A DNA stretch of 64,000 nucleotides from positions 3,902 to 67,901 of the IMG/VR virus record IMGVR_UViG_3300003771_000090; one strand, written 5' to 3'. The stretch is from a virus. Below, piece after piece: positions 63,241 to 64,000 of this stretch. Below the pieces are notes generated by a model. It searched no databases. It had not been told where the DNA came from and saw only the letters and a list, made by a program, of their open reading frames with translations. Position numbers and translations under genes: made by a program. Numbering within the stretch: position 1 is the stretch's first letter; every line of letters starts with the position of its first letter.

Positions 63241-63327
63241 CGGTCGGACGCGCGGAGCTGGTTAGTACTACGTTCCTGCCCCAGCGCTTTCCTAAGCTAG
63301 ATAATTTTGGGGCGCTCGTTGCTCGGT

Positions 63328-63489
63328 TCAGCGAAGAGGGTCTGTTCGGCCGGCCGAAATATCTTCAGGTACTTTGACCTGAAGGTATTCAATGTTCAGA
63401 TTGAACTCACTGCGCAACCGCGCAATGAACTTGCGCGTAACGTCGTCCAGCGCGGGCTCGCCGACCGCGAACAGTTGCACAGGCTCTAG
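63328..63489 (-). pseudogene. 3' end of an ORF interrupted by the IS481-family element
   Basis: Open frame LEPVQLFAVGEPALDDVTRKFIARLRSEFNLNIEYLQVKVPEDISAGRTDPLR* begins exactly at the IS target site. Confidence 0.5.
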
Positions 63490-64000
63490 ATGTGAAGCGT
63501 CAAGACGTTATTTCCTGACGCTGGAAGTCGGGACATGGGCGCAAGGCCGCCAATACCGCTATGTGGTCGGTGCCAGTTGTAGTGGTGTTGCCAATTAGCG
63601 AGTGCTCGGGTGCGCTCCTGGGAGTTCTGATAGGTCCAGGCATAGGCCCACTCGCGCAAGGCCGACTGGATGAACCGTTCGGCCTTGCCGTTAGTCTGGG
63701 GTCGATAGGCGCGTGTGAACTTGTGCCGGATGCCCAGCGCCTGGCAGGCCTGGGCGAACTCGCGTGAGCGGAAGGCGGAGCCGTTGTCGGTCAGTAGCCG
63801 CCGCACCGTCACACCCAGGCTCGCGTAATAGGCCACTGCGTCGCGCAGGAATTGGACGGCGCTTAACTTCTTTTCATCCGGATGCATCGCGGTAAAGGCG
63901 ATGCGAGCGTGGTCGTCCACGGCCACAAAGAGCATTTCCCAGCCGGCACCTTCCACCGAGTCGCGGCGGTTGCCGGTCACGCGGTGGCTGGGCCGCTCGA
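63486..64000 (-). CDS. IS481-family DDE transposase (5' end outside the window)
   Basis: LFVAVDDHAR, LLTDNGSAF, PQTNGKAERF; stop TAG supplied by the target CTAG. Confidence 0.95.
   Translation of the reverse strand, partial: ERPSHRVTGNRRDSVEGAGWEMLFVAVDDHARIAFTAMHPDEKKLSAVQFLRDAVAYYASLGVTVRRLLTDNGSAFRSREFAQACQALGIRHKFTRAYRPQTNGKAERFIQSALREWAYAWTYQNSQERTRALANWQHHYNWHRPHSGIGGLAPMSRLPASGNNVLTLHI
63491..64000 (-). mobile_element. IS481-family insertion sequence (partial)
   Basis: End TGTGAAGCGTCAAG next to TCTAGA (63485-63490, NCTAGN target). Confidence 0.9.

Larger units (their letters stand above)
37170..64000. mobile_element. P2-like prophage (Ralstonia/Burkholderia type); head and lysis genes beyond the right edge
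   Basis: int, Toprim primase-helicase, ogr, repressor, then D-U-T-E-FII-FI-G-H-I-J-W-V in P2 order on the minus strand. Confidence 0.95.

Overview
High-GC betaproteobacterial DNA (Cupriavidus/Ralstonia-like, an inference from gene content and codon style). The window is almost entirely two prophages in tandem. (1) 1-37193: a lambdoid, HK97-head siphovirus whose left end and integrase lie outside the window. It has a leftward early operon with a DNA polymerase III beta-clamp homolog, a cI/cro switch with TAAAGNATGCTTTA operators, a replication gene with iterons, a Q-like gene, HNH/TerS/TerL, portal/protease/capsid, tail, a Gly-rich accessory fibre module, holin/endolysin/spanins and three morons. 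One moron has a HEPN-like motif and one lies under a perfect LexA box. It ends at a 24-bp tRNA 3'-end fragment, probably tRNA-Leu, acting as the att core. (2) 37170-64000 and beyond: a P2-like myovirus of the Ralstonia/Burkholderia type, with int, Toprim primase-helicase, ogr, repressor, com plus DNA methyltransferase and tail genes D-U-T-E-FII-FI-G-H-I-J-W-V. It carries a membrane-protein moron and is cut at the right edge by an IS481-family element. The most unusual stretch is 46060-51045, inside the P2-like prophage. Six or seven unrelated, more AT-rich single-gene cassettes (immunity-like, lipoprotein, Zn-ribbon) are separated by co-oriented degenerate repeats: 67-bp and 103-bp ungapped direct repeats built from GGGTCG and GGCCAG-NNN-CGGCC modules. 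This resembles a cassette-acquisition array but is neither CRISPR nor a classical attC integron. All family names are from motif recognition, not database searches.
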